Of a stretch of 64,000 nucleotides of DNA, positions 45,653 to 55,618 are shown piece by piece. Each line of letters opens with the position of its first letter. Within the stretch, counting starts at the first letter, position 1. Below the pieces are notes generated by a model that searched no databases, was not told the DNA's origin, and saw only the letters and a program-made list of their open reading frames with translations. Source of the stretch: an uncultured Desulfobacterales bacterium (lineage in GTDB: Bacteria; Desulfobacterota; Desulfobacteria; Desulfobacterales; C00003060); NCBI GenBank assembly GCA_964440795.1, contig CAYTTQ010000001.1, positions 18,826-82,825 on the forward strand, read 5' to 3'. Made by a program: the position numbers and the translations under genes.

Positions 45653-46447
45653 ATGCAAAAAAGATTTAAGCTCGTCATTGAATACGACGGCACCCATTAT
45701 CACGGGTGGCAACGTCAACAAGACGCTCCCACTATTCAAGGGGCCGTTGAAGCCGCCCTTAAGCAGATAACCCGTCAAACCCCCAGCGTGATCGGATCAG
45801 GTCGCACGGATAGAGGCGTGCATGCCCAAAACCAAGTGGCCCATGTTGCCCTCGACACCCAGCTTACCGGTGGGGTTTTAAAAAAAGGGCTGAACAGCCT
45901 TACCCCTGCCGACATCGTGATCAAAGACTGCCGGACGGTGCCGGATTCATTTCATGCCAGATACGGCGTGTCCAGCAAGATTTATGACTATCATATTTTC
46001 AACCAGGCCACGCCGACGGCACTTCTTCGACGATTCACGTGGCACATCAGAAAAAAACTGGACCTTGTATCCATCCGGGAAGCCATGGACGTCCTCCGGG
46101 GCACCCATGATTTTTCTGCTTTTGAGGCCACCGGCAGTGAGCGGTCCCATCCCATACGAACAATTTTGAACACTTGTGTCGCTTCACGGGACCAAGACAG
46201 TCACGTGATCCTCACTATAGAAGGCAACGGATTTCTCCGATGTATGGTCCGGAATATCGTGGGAACGTTGGTAGAAGTGGGGGTAGGAAAAAGAACGCCT
46301 CACGCATTTTTTGAAATCCTCGAGTCCGGAGATCGATCCAGGGCCGGAGCAACCGCCCCGCCGCACGGGTTGTTTCTCCGAACGGTCAAATACGAGGGCG
46401 ACCAATCAGCGGAAGACGCCTTGCTTACACTCTCTCCACCCTTTTGA
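45653..46447 (+). CDS. truA: tRNA pseudouridine(38-40) synthase
   Basis: FKLVIEYDGTHYHGWQRQ and GSGRTDRGVHA (catalytic Asp). Confidence 0.9.
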   Translation: MQKRFKLVIEYDGTHYHGWQRQQDAPTIQGAVEAALKQITRQTPSVIGSGRTDRGVHAQNQVAHVALDTQLTGGVLKKGLNSLTPADIVIKDCRTVPDSFHARYGVSSKIYDYHIFNQATPTALLRRFTWHIRKKLDLVSIREAMDVLRGTHDFSAFEATGSERSHPIRTILNTCVASRDQDSHVILTIEGNGFLRCMVRNIVGTLVEVGVGKRTPHAFFEILESGDRSRAGATAPPHGLFLRTVKYEGDQSAEDALLTLSPPF

Positions 46448-48698
46448 TAATGATATCATCATAGGCGGACATAATGTCTCTTCTGCTGATCACGCCCACG
46501 AGGTTTCGCGATCCAAACACGTCCACCACGGGAAGAATGGAAAAATCCCCCTGACTGATCCGCGTGAGGGCAACAAACAAGTTGTCACTCTGAGAAACAG
46601 TCACCAGCTCCTTTTTAGCGATGTCCAAGGCGGTGGTCGGTCGATCGGCCCGGTCCTGCTGGGCAACACTCTGGCAGTCCGACCGAGAAATGACACCGAC
46701 CAGCGTCCCCTCATCATCAACCACGGGAAAACTGTTGGGCTTGCTCCTGTAGACAAAATCGATCAGCTCATCCACCGGCATATCGGCATGGATTGTCTCG
46801 GGATCGGGCCTCATAGCCAGGCTAACGGGAATGTTTTTGAGTTGGGTAATCTCTCGATCCGAACCGACATCCAATACCTTTCGACCCGATTTAATCTCTG
46901 CAACCCTTTGATTATAGTATTCAATGACCGCCCTTCGATCCAGCATCCCGATCAACACTTTAGGGTCCTCGTCCTTCACAACGGGAAGTCTTTGAAGGTT
47001 GCGAATGATAAACTTCTTGAGTACCTCGTTGAGATCCTCGGAAGGCGTCGTGTAGATAATCGCCGGATTGGCCACGTCTTTCATCCGGACTAGGTCCCCA
47101 AGGTTTTGGTCGAAGAGGATACTGCGAATGTCGTTGATGGAAAAGATGCCGGTCAATTTGTCATCGCCGTCCACCACCGGGAAGTAGTGCTGGTCCGTAG
47201 AGGAAAACATGACCCGAAAGGCACTAAGCGGCATCCGTTCCGGTACCAGCTGTACCTGACGTACCTGAGACATCAATTCTTTCACCCGAATCGCACCCAA
47301 AACATCGACAAAAAAATCGCCTCTGTGGGCCTTGGATTCAAGCTTGGTGCGCACTTGTTTTTCGTAAATCGTCCACTTCCTCGAAAACATGAATGTCAAC
47401 AGACAAACCAGCAGACTCGGTAACAACAAGTGGTAAGAATTGGTCATTTCACTTACAAAAATGATTGTTGAAATCGGCGCGCTGGAAACTCCCGCAAAAA
47501 ATCCGGCCATTCCCACCACGACAAACGCCCCTGGCTGGGTGACAATGCCGGGAATCACGGCATGAAATATTTGACCCACAGCACCCCCGAGCGCACCGCC
47601 GATCACCACCGACGGCCCAAAGACACCCCCACTTCCTCCGGATCCGATAGAAAGAGAGGTGGTCAGTATCTTGCCGAAGGCAATCCCTAAAAGGATCAAG
47701 GTCGGCAACTCATTGTGCAACGCCATTTGGGCGGAACCGTAACCGAAAGCCAAGGTTTCTTTTAGAAAGAAACAGCCAATGATACCGGTGCCGAGTCCAC
47801 CCAATGCCGGTTTGAAATGATTGGGAATCCTCAGTCGCTTGAAGAATTGGTGGGTTCCGTAAAAGGCTTTCACATAAAACATGCCTGCCCCCGCCAGAAC
47901 AAGGGCTAATACAATATACGGCCCCAATTCCAAGGGGTTGTGGAAAACGAAGTCCGGCGATTGGAAAAGAGATCCCCACCCGAAGACAAGGCAAAAGATA
48001 CAATAGCCCACGACCGATGAAATCCCTGCCGGTATAATTACTTCCGCCTCAAATTCCGGCTCACGATACAGCACTTCAGCTGCAAAGAGGGCAGCAGCCA
48101 AGGGTGCTCGGAATATACTCCCGATCCCGGCTCCCATGCCAGCCACCAGCATGATACGCCGTTCCCGTTCCGACAACTGGAGTTTGGTTGCCAGAAACGC
48201 CCCAAAACCCGCCCCGATCTGAGCGATGGGACCCTCCCTTCCCCCGGAACCCCCAGACGTAATGGTCAATGCAGAGGCGATGGTCTTGATAAAGGGGATA
48301 CGTCCCCGTACGAACCCACCCAAATTATGATAAGAATCAATGGCCGCATCGGTTCCGTGACCCTCAGCTTCCGGTGCAAAGGTATACACCAACCACCCGC
48401 TGACCAATCCGCCGATAGCCGGCAAAAGCAAGAGCATCCAGCGCCTTAAGGGGGCCCCCGTCGGGGGAAAGAGATGGGTTTCCCCGGCAGGGGCATGGGG
48501 CCGATAACCCGCCAACTGCTCCAACAAAACATACAGTCCGATTTGACACAGATATTGGAAAACGATTGCACCCAAACCGGCGATTAACCCGATTAAGACA
48601 TAATAGAATATCCATTTGCCTGTGCTGGTCGCCTGAGATGTCTCCAGTTTAAATCCCGCACTTTTGACACTCGGGTTTTTTTGGTAAGAAGTTGCCAT
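46425..48698 (-). CDS. ClC-family chloride channel/antiporter with four C-terminal CBS motifs
   Basis: GSGGREGP, GIGSIFRAP and GSGGVFGPS are ClC selectivity motifs. The ~290-aa C-terminus has four CBS-like units. The 3' end overlaps truA by 23 bp (convergent). Confidence 0.9.
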   Translation of the reverse strand: MATSYQKNPSVKSAGFKLETSQATSTGKWIFYYVLIGLIAGLGAIVFQYLCQIGLYVLLEQLAGYRPHAPAGETHLFPPTGAPLRRWMLLLLPAIGGLVSGWLVYTFAPEAEGHGTDAAIDSYHNLGGFVRGRIPFIKTIASALTITSGGSGGREGPIAQIGAGFGAFLATKLQLSERERRIMLVAGMGAGIGSIFRAPLAAALFAAEVLYREPEFEAEVIIPAGISSVVGYCIFCLVFGWGSLFQSPDFVFHNPLELGPYIVLALVLAGAGMFYVKAFYGTHQFFKRLRIPNHFKPALGGLGTGIIGCFFLKETLAFGYGSAQMALHNELPTLILLGIAFGKILTTSLSIGSGGSGGVFGPSVVIGGALGGAVGQIFHAVIPGIVTQPGAFVVVGMAGFFAGVSSAPISTIIFVSEMTNSYHLLLPSLLVCLLTFMFSRKWTIYEKQVRTKLESKAHRGDFFVDVLGAIRVKELMSQVRQVQLVPERMPLSAFRVMFSSTDQHYFPVVDGDDKLTGIFSINDIRSILFDQNLGDLVRMKDVANPAIIYTTPSEDLNEVLKKFIIRNLQRLPVVKDEDPKVLIGMLDRRAVIEYYNQRVAEIKSGRKVLDVGSDREITQLKNIPVSLAMRPDPETIHADMPVDELIDFVYRSKPNSFPVVDDEGTLVGVISRSDCQSVAQQDRADRPTTALDIAKKELVTVSQSDNLFVALTRISQGDFSILPVVDVFGSRNLVGVISRRDIMSAYDDIIIKRVERV

Positions 48699-48800
48699 TC
48701 CTTATGGTTTTTGGTATGAGATGCTGCGTGTTGCTCAATGTTGCCGCGAGTGGCTGACAGATTCCCCGATACGTGTCCTGCACAACTGAGGGGCTGGGTT

Positions 48801-48829
48801 TCTATAACGGTGACAGGAGCTTAGGTCAA
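48801..48829 (-). promoter_or_regulatory. Candidate sigma70 promoter TTGACC-17-TATAGA for the ClC gene
   Basis: Read on the minus strand, ~100 nt upstream of the ATG. Confidence 0.35.
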
Positions 48830-48915
48830 GAAAAAAGATGGCCGGGACAGGGATATCGGTCTTCTTGTCTGTACTTAGAAAGGTCGTTAATCCGGTTGGT
48901 TGAAGGGGAATAGCC

Positions 48916-50109
48916 ATGTTGCTTTCAAAGAGAATTCAGTCGATTAAACCGTCTCCCACTCTTGCCATGAACGCCCAGGCGGTCGCCATGAAACAGTCGG
49001 GAGTGGACGTTATCAGCTTCGGCGTAGGAGAGCCTGACTTCGATACGCCGCTGCACATCAGGGAAGCCGCCAAGCAGGCAATGGACGACGGTATGACGCG
49101 GTACACCGCTGTAGGGGGTATCCCGGAATTAAAGACGGCGATCATCAAAAAATTTGAAAAAGAGAACAACTTAACCTATCGGCCGGAAGAAGTCATGGTT
49201 TCCTGTGGTGGAAAGCACGTCCTTTACAATTTGGCGCAAGCCGTTTTAAATGCCGGTGACGAAGTTATTATCCCCGCTCCCTATTGGGTATCCTATCCCC
49301 CTATTACCGTATTGGCCGATGCCAAACCGGTCACCGTACAAACCTCGCCGCGAGACGACTTTAAGTTGTCGGCGGAAACGCTGCGGCGCTCGGTCACCCC
49401 GCAAACCAAATTGCTGATTTTGAACAGCCCGTCGAATCCGACGGGGGCTGTTTACAGCAAGCCTGAACTGGAAGCCCTGGCAGAGGTTGTTTTGGAAAAG
49501 GACTTGCTTGTGGTGTCCGACGAAATCTATGAAAAACTCATCTATGACGACACACCTTTTTGCAGTATTGCCGAACTGGGAGAAGAGATAAAGGCCAGAA
49601 CGCTTATCGTAAACGGCGTTTCCAAGACATATGCAATGACCGGTTGGCGAATCGGGTATGCCGCCGGTGACGGCAGCGTTGTTTCCGCCATGACAAAGAT
49701 CCAAAGCCAAAGCACCTCGAACCCAAACGCCATCGCCCAGAAGGCGGCGGTCGAGGCCTTGACGGGGCCCCAAGACTCCGTAGATGAAATGACCCGTATC
49801 TTCAGTGAACGTAGGGCATATTTGGTCAACCGTCTAAACGGCATTGCGGGAGTCCGCTGTAGTAACCCGGAGGGCGCCTTCTATGCCTTTGCAGACTTCA
49901 GCCACTACTTCACCAAAGAAAAAGAGGGCCGACCCATCGGTGGTTCAGCCGGCTTGTGTGAATATTTGCTGACGGAAGCCCAAGTCGCATTGGTTCCTGG
50001 AATTGCTTTCGGTGCCGATGAGTTTCTGCGATTTTCTTTCGCCACCAGCCTTGAACTCATAGAAAAGGGGCTCAACAGAATAGAAGCGGCCTTGGACAAA
50101 TTAAGTTAG
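48916..50109 (+). CDS. Class I pyridoxal-phosphate-dependent aminotransferase (aspartate aminotransferase-like)
   Basis: 397 aa with NSPSNPTG and the PLP-lysine context SKTYAMTGWRIGY. Confidence 0.85.
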   Translation: MLLSKRIQSIKPSPTLAMNAQAVAMKQSGVDVISFGVGEPDFDTPLHIREAAKQAMDDGMTRYTAVGGIPELKTAIIKKFEKENNLTYRPEEVMVSCGGKHVLYNLAQAVLNAGDEVIIPAPYWVSYPPITVLADAKPVTVQTSPRDDFKLSAETLRRSVTPQTKLLILNSPSNPTGAVYSKPELEALAEVVLEKDLLVVSDEIYEKLIYDDTPFCSIAELGEEIKARTLIVNGVSKTYAMTGWRIGYAAGDGSVVSAMTKIQSQSTSNPNAIAQKAAVEALTGPQDSVDEMTRIFSERRAYLVNRLNGIAGVRCSNPEGAFYAFADFSHYFTKEKEGRPIGGSAGLCEYLLTEAQVALVPGIAFGADEFLRFSFATSLELIEKGLNRIEAALDKLS

Positions 50110-50281
50110 GGATGCGCCCTCGGGGCTTGTTTACGTACTCGGTTTTTACAAATAGTTTTCCGCCATAACCCATATAACAACAAGACCGTTTGCCCGTCAT
50201 TTTTGATGAGCGATGGCATATCGTCATCGATCGATGGTCACCCTTGATTGAACGACCATCGATCAAGACTGATAGATGTTC

Positions 50282-50560
50282 CTAGCGGCCCTTGCGTTTG
50301 GATGCTTTCAGGGGATTAACCTTGCTGGATTGGATCTTGGTCGCTTCTTTCACATGTGTGGCAAGATTGCAGTTGCCGGTCTTCCATTTTGCGGATGGAT
50401 CCGGACAGGCCGTGCAATACCACCCACCGGAAAAATCGGAAGAGCGCTCGCATCCTTCACAAGCTTCAACCACCGGGTGGCAGCTGCCGCCATTGAAGGA
50501 GCAACCGTTCTTGGTCATAAATACACACGATACGCCTGGTTTAACCGTTGTACAGTCCAT
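50282..50560 (-). CDS. PxxKW-family Cys-rich small protein
   Basis: AAGGAGGTG lies 6 nt upstream of ATG 50560. The product is MDCTTVKPGVSCVFMTKNGCSFNGGSCHPVVEACEGCER...YCTACPDPSAKWKTGNCNLATH with a PSAKW motif and a Lys-rich tail. Confidence 0.7.
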   Translation of the reverse strand: MDCTTVKPGVSCVFMTKNGCSFNGGSCHPVVEACEGCERSSDFSGGWYCTACPDPSAKWKTGNCNLATHVKEATKIQSSKVNPLKASKRKGR

Positions 50561-50698
50561 TGGAACCACCTCCTTATGCGAGTTGTTTGGTCAAAATTGC
50601 AAAACTCTTTATTTTAAGACAGCCGAGAAATTTTTGTCAAGCTCTTCCGGCAATATATTTTTCAAAAAGCTGCTTGGCCAAAGCGGACCACGTCAAGA

Positions 50699-50716
50699 TT
50701 GGAATATGTCTTGCAT
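50699..50716 (+). promoter_or_regulatory. Candidate sigma54 (-24/-12) promoter TTGGAATATGTCTTGCAT
   Basis: GG-N10-GC spacing is correct and the -12 TTGCA is perfect. The -24 reads TGGAAT instead of TGGCAC. It lies 160 nt upstream of pilC. Confidence 0.3.
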
Positions 50717-50877
50717 ATCTTTTTCGTCCACAACGGAAGCATTGCTGGTTTTGGGGTGCTACAACCACATAGTGCCAGCGATAGCGGAACACACGGGTGG
50801 ACTTTATAAAAACCTAAATGCATACGTCTATAACCATACCCAGATTTACTGAGTAGAATCACCAAGGGAGGATACAC

Positions 50878-52089
50878 ATGCCTATTTATTTATGGCAAGG
50901 CCAAGACCGAAAGGGCGTACCTCAGAAGGGAGAACTGGAAGCAGCCGATGAAGCCGCGGTAAAAGCCCAACTACATCGCATGCGCATTAAGCCCTCAAAA
51001 ATAAAGAAAAAACCAAAGGATCTCTTTGAAAACGTCTCCTTTCTCCAACCGAAGGTTCAAACGTCGGATGTGGTGGTCTTTGCCCGTCAGTTTGCGACAA
51101 TGATCAATGCCGGACTCCCGCTCATCCAGTGCCTTGATATCCTTCAGTCTCAGCAGGAAAACAAGACCTTCAAAAAAATGCTCAAGGATACCAAAGAAAA
51201 GGTCGAGGGGGGCTCCACACTTGCCGACGCACTGAGTAAATACCCCCAAACCTTTGATAACCTCTTTGTCAACATGGTTGCGGCGGGAGAAACAGGCGGC
51301 ATCCTAGATACCATCTTGGATCGCCTGTCGAGCTACATGGAAAAGGCCATGAAGCTCAAGAAGGAAGTCAAATCGGCGATGACCTACCCGATCATCGTAC
51401 TGGTTATTGCCGTACTGGTTGTCGCTGTAATTCTCATTTTCGTCATCCCCGTGTTTGAAAAAATGTTTTCCGATTTCGGTGGTGCCCTCCCCACGCCGAC
51501 GCGGATCGTCATTACTCTTAGTGACTTTGTAAAGGGAAATGTGCTGTATATGATCGCCGGCCTGATCGTACTCGGTTTTGCGTTTAAGCGATTCTACAGT
51601 ACAGAAAAAGGTCGCAAGTGTGTAGACGACCTCCTCTTGAGGCTTCCCGTCTTTGGCCCCCTGTTACGGAAAGTGGCTGTCGCCAAGTTCACCCGGACCT
51701 TAGGCACAATGGTCAGCAGTGGCGTGCCGATACTGGACGCCCTGGACATCACCGCCAGGACATCGGGAAACAAGACCGTGGAATCCGCTGTTTATTCTGT
51801 AAGATCCGCCATCAGTGAAGGTCAGACGATGGCCGGCCCGTTGGCCGCCAGCGGTGTATTTCCCTCCATGGTATGCCAGATGGTGTCTGTCGGTGAATCG
51901 ACCGGCGCCCTGGATTCCATGCTGAGCAAAATCGCCGATTATTATGACGACGAGGTTGATGCAGCCGTTGACAGTCTAACCTCAATGATCGAGCCTTTCA
52001 TGATGGTCTTTCTGGGGGTAACCATCGGGGGGTTGGTGGTCTCCATGTACCTACCCATCTTTAAAATGGCCGGCATGGTCAGCAACTAA
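50878..52089 (+). CDS. pilC: Type IV pilus assembly platform protein PilC (GspF family)
   Basis: 403 aa with two T2SSF repeats (FARQFATMINAGLPLIQCL, FTRTLGTMVSSGVPILDAL) and three TM helices. Confidence 0.9.
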   Translation: MPIYLWQGQDRKGVPQKGELEAADEAAVKAQLHRMRIKPSKIKKKPKDLFENVSFLQPKVQTSDVVVFARQFATMINAGLPLIQCLDILQSQQENKTFKKMLKDTKEKVEGGSTLADALSKYPQTFDNLFVNMVAAGETGGILDTILDRLSSYMEKAMKLKKEVKSAMTYPIIVLVIAVLVVAVILIFVIPVFEKMFSDFGGALPTPTRIVITLSDFVKGNVLYMIAGLIVLGFAFKRFYSTEKGRKCVDDLLLRLPVFGPLLRKVAVAKFTRTLGTMVSSGVPILDALDITARTSGNKTVESAVYSVRSAISEGQTMAGPLAASGVFPSMVCQMVSVGESTGALDSMLSKIADYYDDEVDAAVDSLTSMIEPFMMVFLGVTIGGLVVSMYLPIFKMAGMVSN

Positions 52090-52230
52090 AGCACGGCGGC
52101 CGACCAACGGCAGATGGCAGCTAAATAAAAAAGTGTCGCGTGTTTAAGGCGCGTTCGAGCCCTATCGTCAGTTGCTCCGCCCCGACGCCATAGGTTTAGA
52201 CAGGTCCCCTCGCAACACGTCCAATTGGTA

Positions 52231-53916
52231 ATGACAAATACCGTAAAATCGCCCCATTTCCTTTCGAAAAAACTCCAATGGCTGATGTTTTTGCGCGTGA
52301 TCTTCACCACGGTTCTGTTGGGGTCTACAATCATTTTCCAGTTAACCGACCAGCATTCCCTGATCACCCCCCCTCTTCTGCTGATATACCTTTTGATCGC
52401 CTTTGTCTATCTGGTCACCTTCACGTACATCGTTATCTACAAACGCCGAGGGGCCAGTATCGGGCTGGCATATGTGCAAATTTGTCTGGACACATTCATT
52501 GTCACCCTGTTGATCTACGTCACCGGCGGCACTTTCAGCGCCTTTTCATTCCTTTATTTAATCGTTACCGTCTATGCCAGCATACTCCTTTACAAGAAAG
52601 ACAGTTTTGTCATGGCGGCTTTATGCAGCCTCCAGTACGCTTTGCTGCTGTTTTTGGAATACTACGGCGTTCTCCAGCCCGTCTATGTAGACGGTACCAT
52701 CCAACCAAACCTTGACCTCACATTGGTAACCTATCGGATCGTCGCAACAACCATCGCCTGCTTTCTTATTGCATTCTTGAGCAGCCATCTGGCCCAATTG
52801 ACGGTGATTACGGAAAACGAACTGAAAGCCAAACAAAAAGACCTTCAAAACCTGGAGGCCTTTAATGCCAGTATCGTACAGAGCATGGACAGTGGACTGC
52901 TAACGCTCGACGTCACCGGGGCTATCACCTCGTTCAACAGTGCCGCGGAGTCGATAACCGGGTTTGAACGCCACGAGGTCATCGGTCAAACACTGGCTGC
53001 CGTTTTCCCGGAAGCGGCACGCTATTACGTGCAGGCCATCGAATCCCCCCCGAAGAAGCCCTATCGGCAGGATATCAATTTTACCAAAAAAGATGGATCC
53101 GCAGGGTATCTCGGGTTCTCGCTGTCTTCCTTGCGGGCACCCGATGGCAAAGCAATCGGACATCTTTTGATTTTCCAGGATCTTACGGCACTCAAGATCA
53201 TGGAATCACACATTAAACGCGTAGAAATGCTCGCCGCAGTGGGAGAAATGGCCGCCGGCATGGCCCACGAAATAAAAAATCCCCTCACATCGATGACCGG
53301 ATCGATTCAGATGCTGGAAAGGGAAATCGCCGCAACCGACGTGTCGGCGAAACTAATGAATATTGTATTGCGGGAAGCGGATCGACTCAACGGATTGATT
53401 AATGACTTCCTCCTTTTCGCACGCCCAAGTTCCGGCAAAGCGAACCCGGTCGACCTGGCCGAGATACTGGAAGAGACATTGGATCTGTTTGAAGCGGATG
53501 CGGCCTGCAGAGACCGCCTGACCGTTGTCAGACAGCTGACTCCCCGGATATGGTCCCGCATGGATCTCAAACATATGAGGCAGATCCTGTGGAATTTGCT
53601 CCGAAACGCGGCTCAAGCCATTGATGGAAAAGGCAAGATCGAAGCCACCTTGAAGCGCGACAACGGCAGGGCGGAAATCAAAATAGAAGACGATGGCCGC
53701 GGCATGAGTGAAGAAATCCAAAAAAATATCTTCGATCCCTTCTTCACCACACGGAGTCAGGGCACGGGCTTGGGCCTTTCTATCGTTCATAGGCTGCTGG
53801 AGTCTTATGGCGGCCAAATCGAAGTGACAAGCTGCGAAGGCCGAGGAACCGCACTCACCCTGAGCCTGACCACAATAGAAGAACCCGGCGCCGACGGCTC
53901 CGTCCGAGGCGCTTGA
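52231..53916 (+). CDS. pilS: PilS-like polytopic sensor histidine kinase
   Basis: About 6 N-terminal TM helices, a PAS domain, H-box MAHEIKNPLTSM and HATPase motifs (DDGRGM, GTGLGL). It is adjacent to pilC. The start could also be TTG 52225. Confidence 0.75.
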   Translation: MTNTVKSPHFLSKKLQWLMFLRVIFTTVLLGSTIIFQLTDQHSLITPPLLLIYLLIAFVYLVTFTYIVIYKRRGASIGLAYVQICLDTFIVTLLIYVTGGTFSAFSFLYLIVTVYASILLYKKDSFVMAALCSLQYALLLFLEYYGVLQPVYVDGTIQPNLDLTLVTYRIVATTIACFLIAFLSSHLAQLTVITENELKAKQKDLQNLEAFNASIVQSMDSGLLTLDVTGAITSFNSAAESITGFERHEVIGQTLAAVFPEAARYYVQAIESPPKKPYRQDINFTKKDGSAGYLGFSLSSLRAPDGKAIGHLLIFQDLTALKIMESHIKRVEMLAAVGEMAAGMAHEIKNPLTSMTGSIQMLEREIAATDVSAKLMNIVLREADRLNGLINDFLLFARPSSGKANPVDLAEILEETLDLFEADAACRDRLTVVRQLTPRIWSRMDLKHMRQILWNLLRNAAQAIDGKGKIEATLKRDNGRAEIKIEDDGRGMSEEIQKNIFDPFFTTRSQGTGLGLSIVHRLLESYGGQIEVTSCEGRGTALTLSLTTIEEPGADGSVRGA

Positions 53917-54094
53917 GTGACGCTCCCAACCACCCCTCCGTGTCTTAGCAACGTCTTGTAATTATATTGTTTTTCCTGCAACCGCCACCCCCGGCCCACG
54001 GTCATGTTCCCAGGCCTTTTACCTTGACACACTCCTATAAATGAGTTAGCACACACACTTTAGTCTTTTGCCTTTACGTGGAGATCAAGAAACC

Positions 54095-55570
54095 ATGGAC
54101 GACCTTAACGAGGTTATTCGCCTGAGACGCGAGAAGGCCAATCAGTTGCAAGATAGTGGCGTCTCCTTATACCCTAACGATTTCAGACCTTCGCACCGGG
54201 TTTCCGACATCCATCAATACATCGCGAAAAACGACCAAGCGACCGAACATGCTCAGGTGCTCTCCGTCGCCGGGCGTATTGTGGGTCTCAGGTCGTTCGG
54301 GAAAGCGGCTTTCCTTCACGTTCGAGATGGTTCAGGCCAAATTCAGGTATACATTAAAAAGGACGAGGTGGGGGCGGAAGCCTACGAGGTATTTAAGAAG
54401 GTCGATGTGGGGGATTTTCTGGGCGTGGAAGGCACCCTCTTCCAGACCCGAACAGGGGAATGGACACTGTCGGCTAAAGATTTCAAAGTCCTGTGTAAGG
54501 CCGTTCGGCCGCTGCCGGAAAAATTCCACGGCCTGAAGGATCCTGAAAAGCGGTATAGGCAGCGCTATTTGGACTTGATCATGAACGCCGATGTTCGAGA
54601 CATCTTTGCTAAACGAACACAGGTGGTCGATGCGTTCAGGCGGTTCCTTTTCGAACGGGGGTTCCTGGAGGTGGAAACGCCGATGATGCAACCGATTCCC
54701 GGTGGCGCCGAAGCAACCCCGTTCAAGACATACCATAACGCTTTGGGAGAGGATTTGTTTTTACGAATCGCCCCTGAGCTTTATCTGAAACGACTCATCG
54801 TAGGAGGCATGGATCGGGTTTTCGAAATCAACCGAAATTTTAGAAATGAAGGCATTTCCACCCGCCATAACCCGGAATTCACGATGCTTGAGTTCTATAT
54901 GGCCTATGCCAATTATCAAGATCTCATGACCCTAACGGAAGAGATGTTTCGGTTTGTCGTTCAGTCGGTTTTAGGTAGACTGCAGTTCAGTTACCAAGCC
55001 ACTCCCATTGATCTGGCGTCTCCGTGGCATCGGATAACGCTCAAAGACGCCCTCGTGCAACTGGGGGGGCTTGATCGCTCCATCCTTGGCGATCGCCTTC
55101 AGTTGCTCGATTTTGCCACATCCAAAGGAATTCAGATTACGAAACAACACAGTCTGGGAAAGATCCTAACCAAGATATTCGACGTCCTGGTTGAACCTCA
55201 ACTTATTGCGCCTACGTTTGTTCTCGACTACCCGCTGGAGATTTCGCCTCTGGCCCGAAAAAGTGCATCGGACCCCGATGTCACGGAAAGGTTTGAATTG
55301 TTCATCGGAGGCAATGAAATTGCAAACGGCTTCTCCGAACTCAACGATCCGGTTGACCAGAGAAATCGGTTCCTACAACAATCGGATCAAAGGCAAGCGG
55401 GGGATGAAGAAGCGCACTTCATGGATGAAGATTATGTTCAAGCCCTGGAATACGGCATGCCGCCCACGGCCGGTGAAGGCATTGGAATGGATCGATTTGT
55501 CATGTTGCTTACCGACGTGGCTTCCATTCGGGAGGTCATCCTTTTCCCGCTGTTGAAAAGATCAAGCTGA
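54095..55570 (+). CDS. lysS: Lysine--tRNA ligase, class II
   Basis: The N-terminus is EVIRLRREKANQL. An OB anticodon-binding domain is followed by class II motifs (FLEVETPMM, ELFIGGNEIANGFSELNDP, GEGIGMDR). ATG 54095 with GGAGA upstream. Confidence 0.95.
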   Translation: MDDLNEVIRLRREKANQLQDSGVSLYPNDFRPSHRVSDIHQYIAKNDQATEHAQVLSVAGRIVGLRSFGKAAFLHVRDGSGQIQVYIKKDEVGAEAYEVFKKVDVGDFLGVEGTLFQTRTGEWTLSAKDFKVLCKAVRPLPEKFHGLKDPEKRYRQRYLDLIMNADVRDIFAKRTQVVDAFRRFLFERGFLEVETPMMQPIPGGAEATPFKTYHNALGEDLFLRIAPELYLKRLIVGGMDRVFEINRNFRNEGISTRHNPEFTMLEFYMAYANYQDLMTLTEEMFRFVVQSVLGRLQFSYQATPIDLASPWHRITLKDALVQLGGLDRSILGDRLQLLDFATSKGIQITKQHSLGKILTKIFDVLVEPQLIAPTFVLDYPLEISPLARKSASDPDVTERFELFIGGNEIANGFSELNDPVDQRNRFLQQSDQRQAGDEEAHFMDEDYVQALEYGMPPTAGEGIGMDRFVMLLTDVASIREVILFPLLKRSS

Positions 55571-55618
55571 AAAGATCAGGTAATTCGTAAACCACCGGCC
55601 GGCGGGTAAATATAAATC

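Noticed and set aside
48699-48915. Fluoride (crcB-motif) riboswitch upstream of the ClC gene
   Set aside because: I read both strands of the leader and could not find the conserved GATG...AAC.GCC...GCTGATGA-type core. The ClC also has the CBS-tailed architecture rather than the short CLC-F type.
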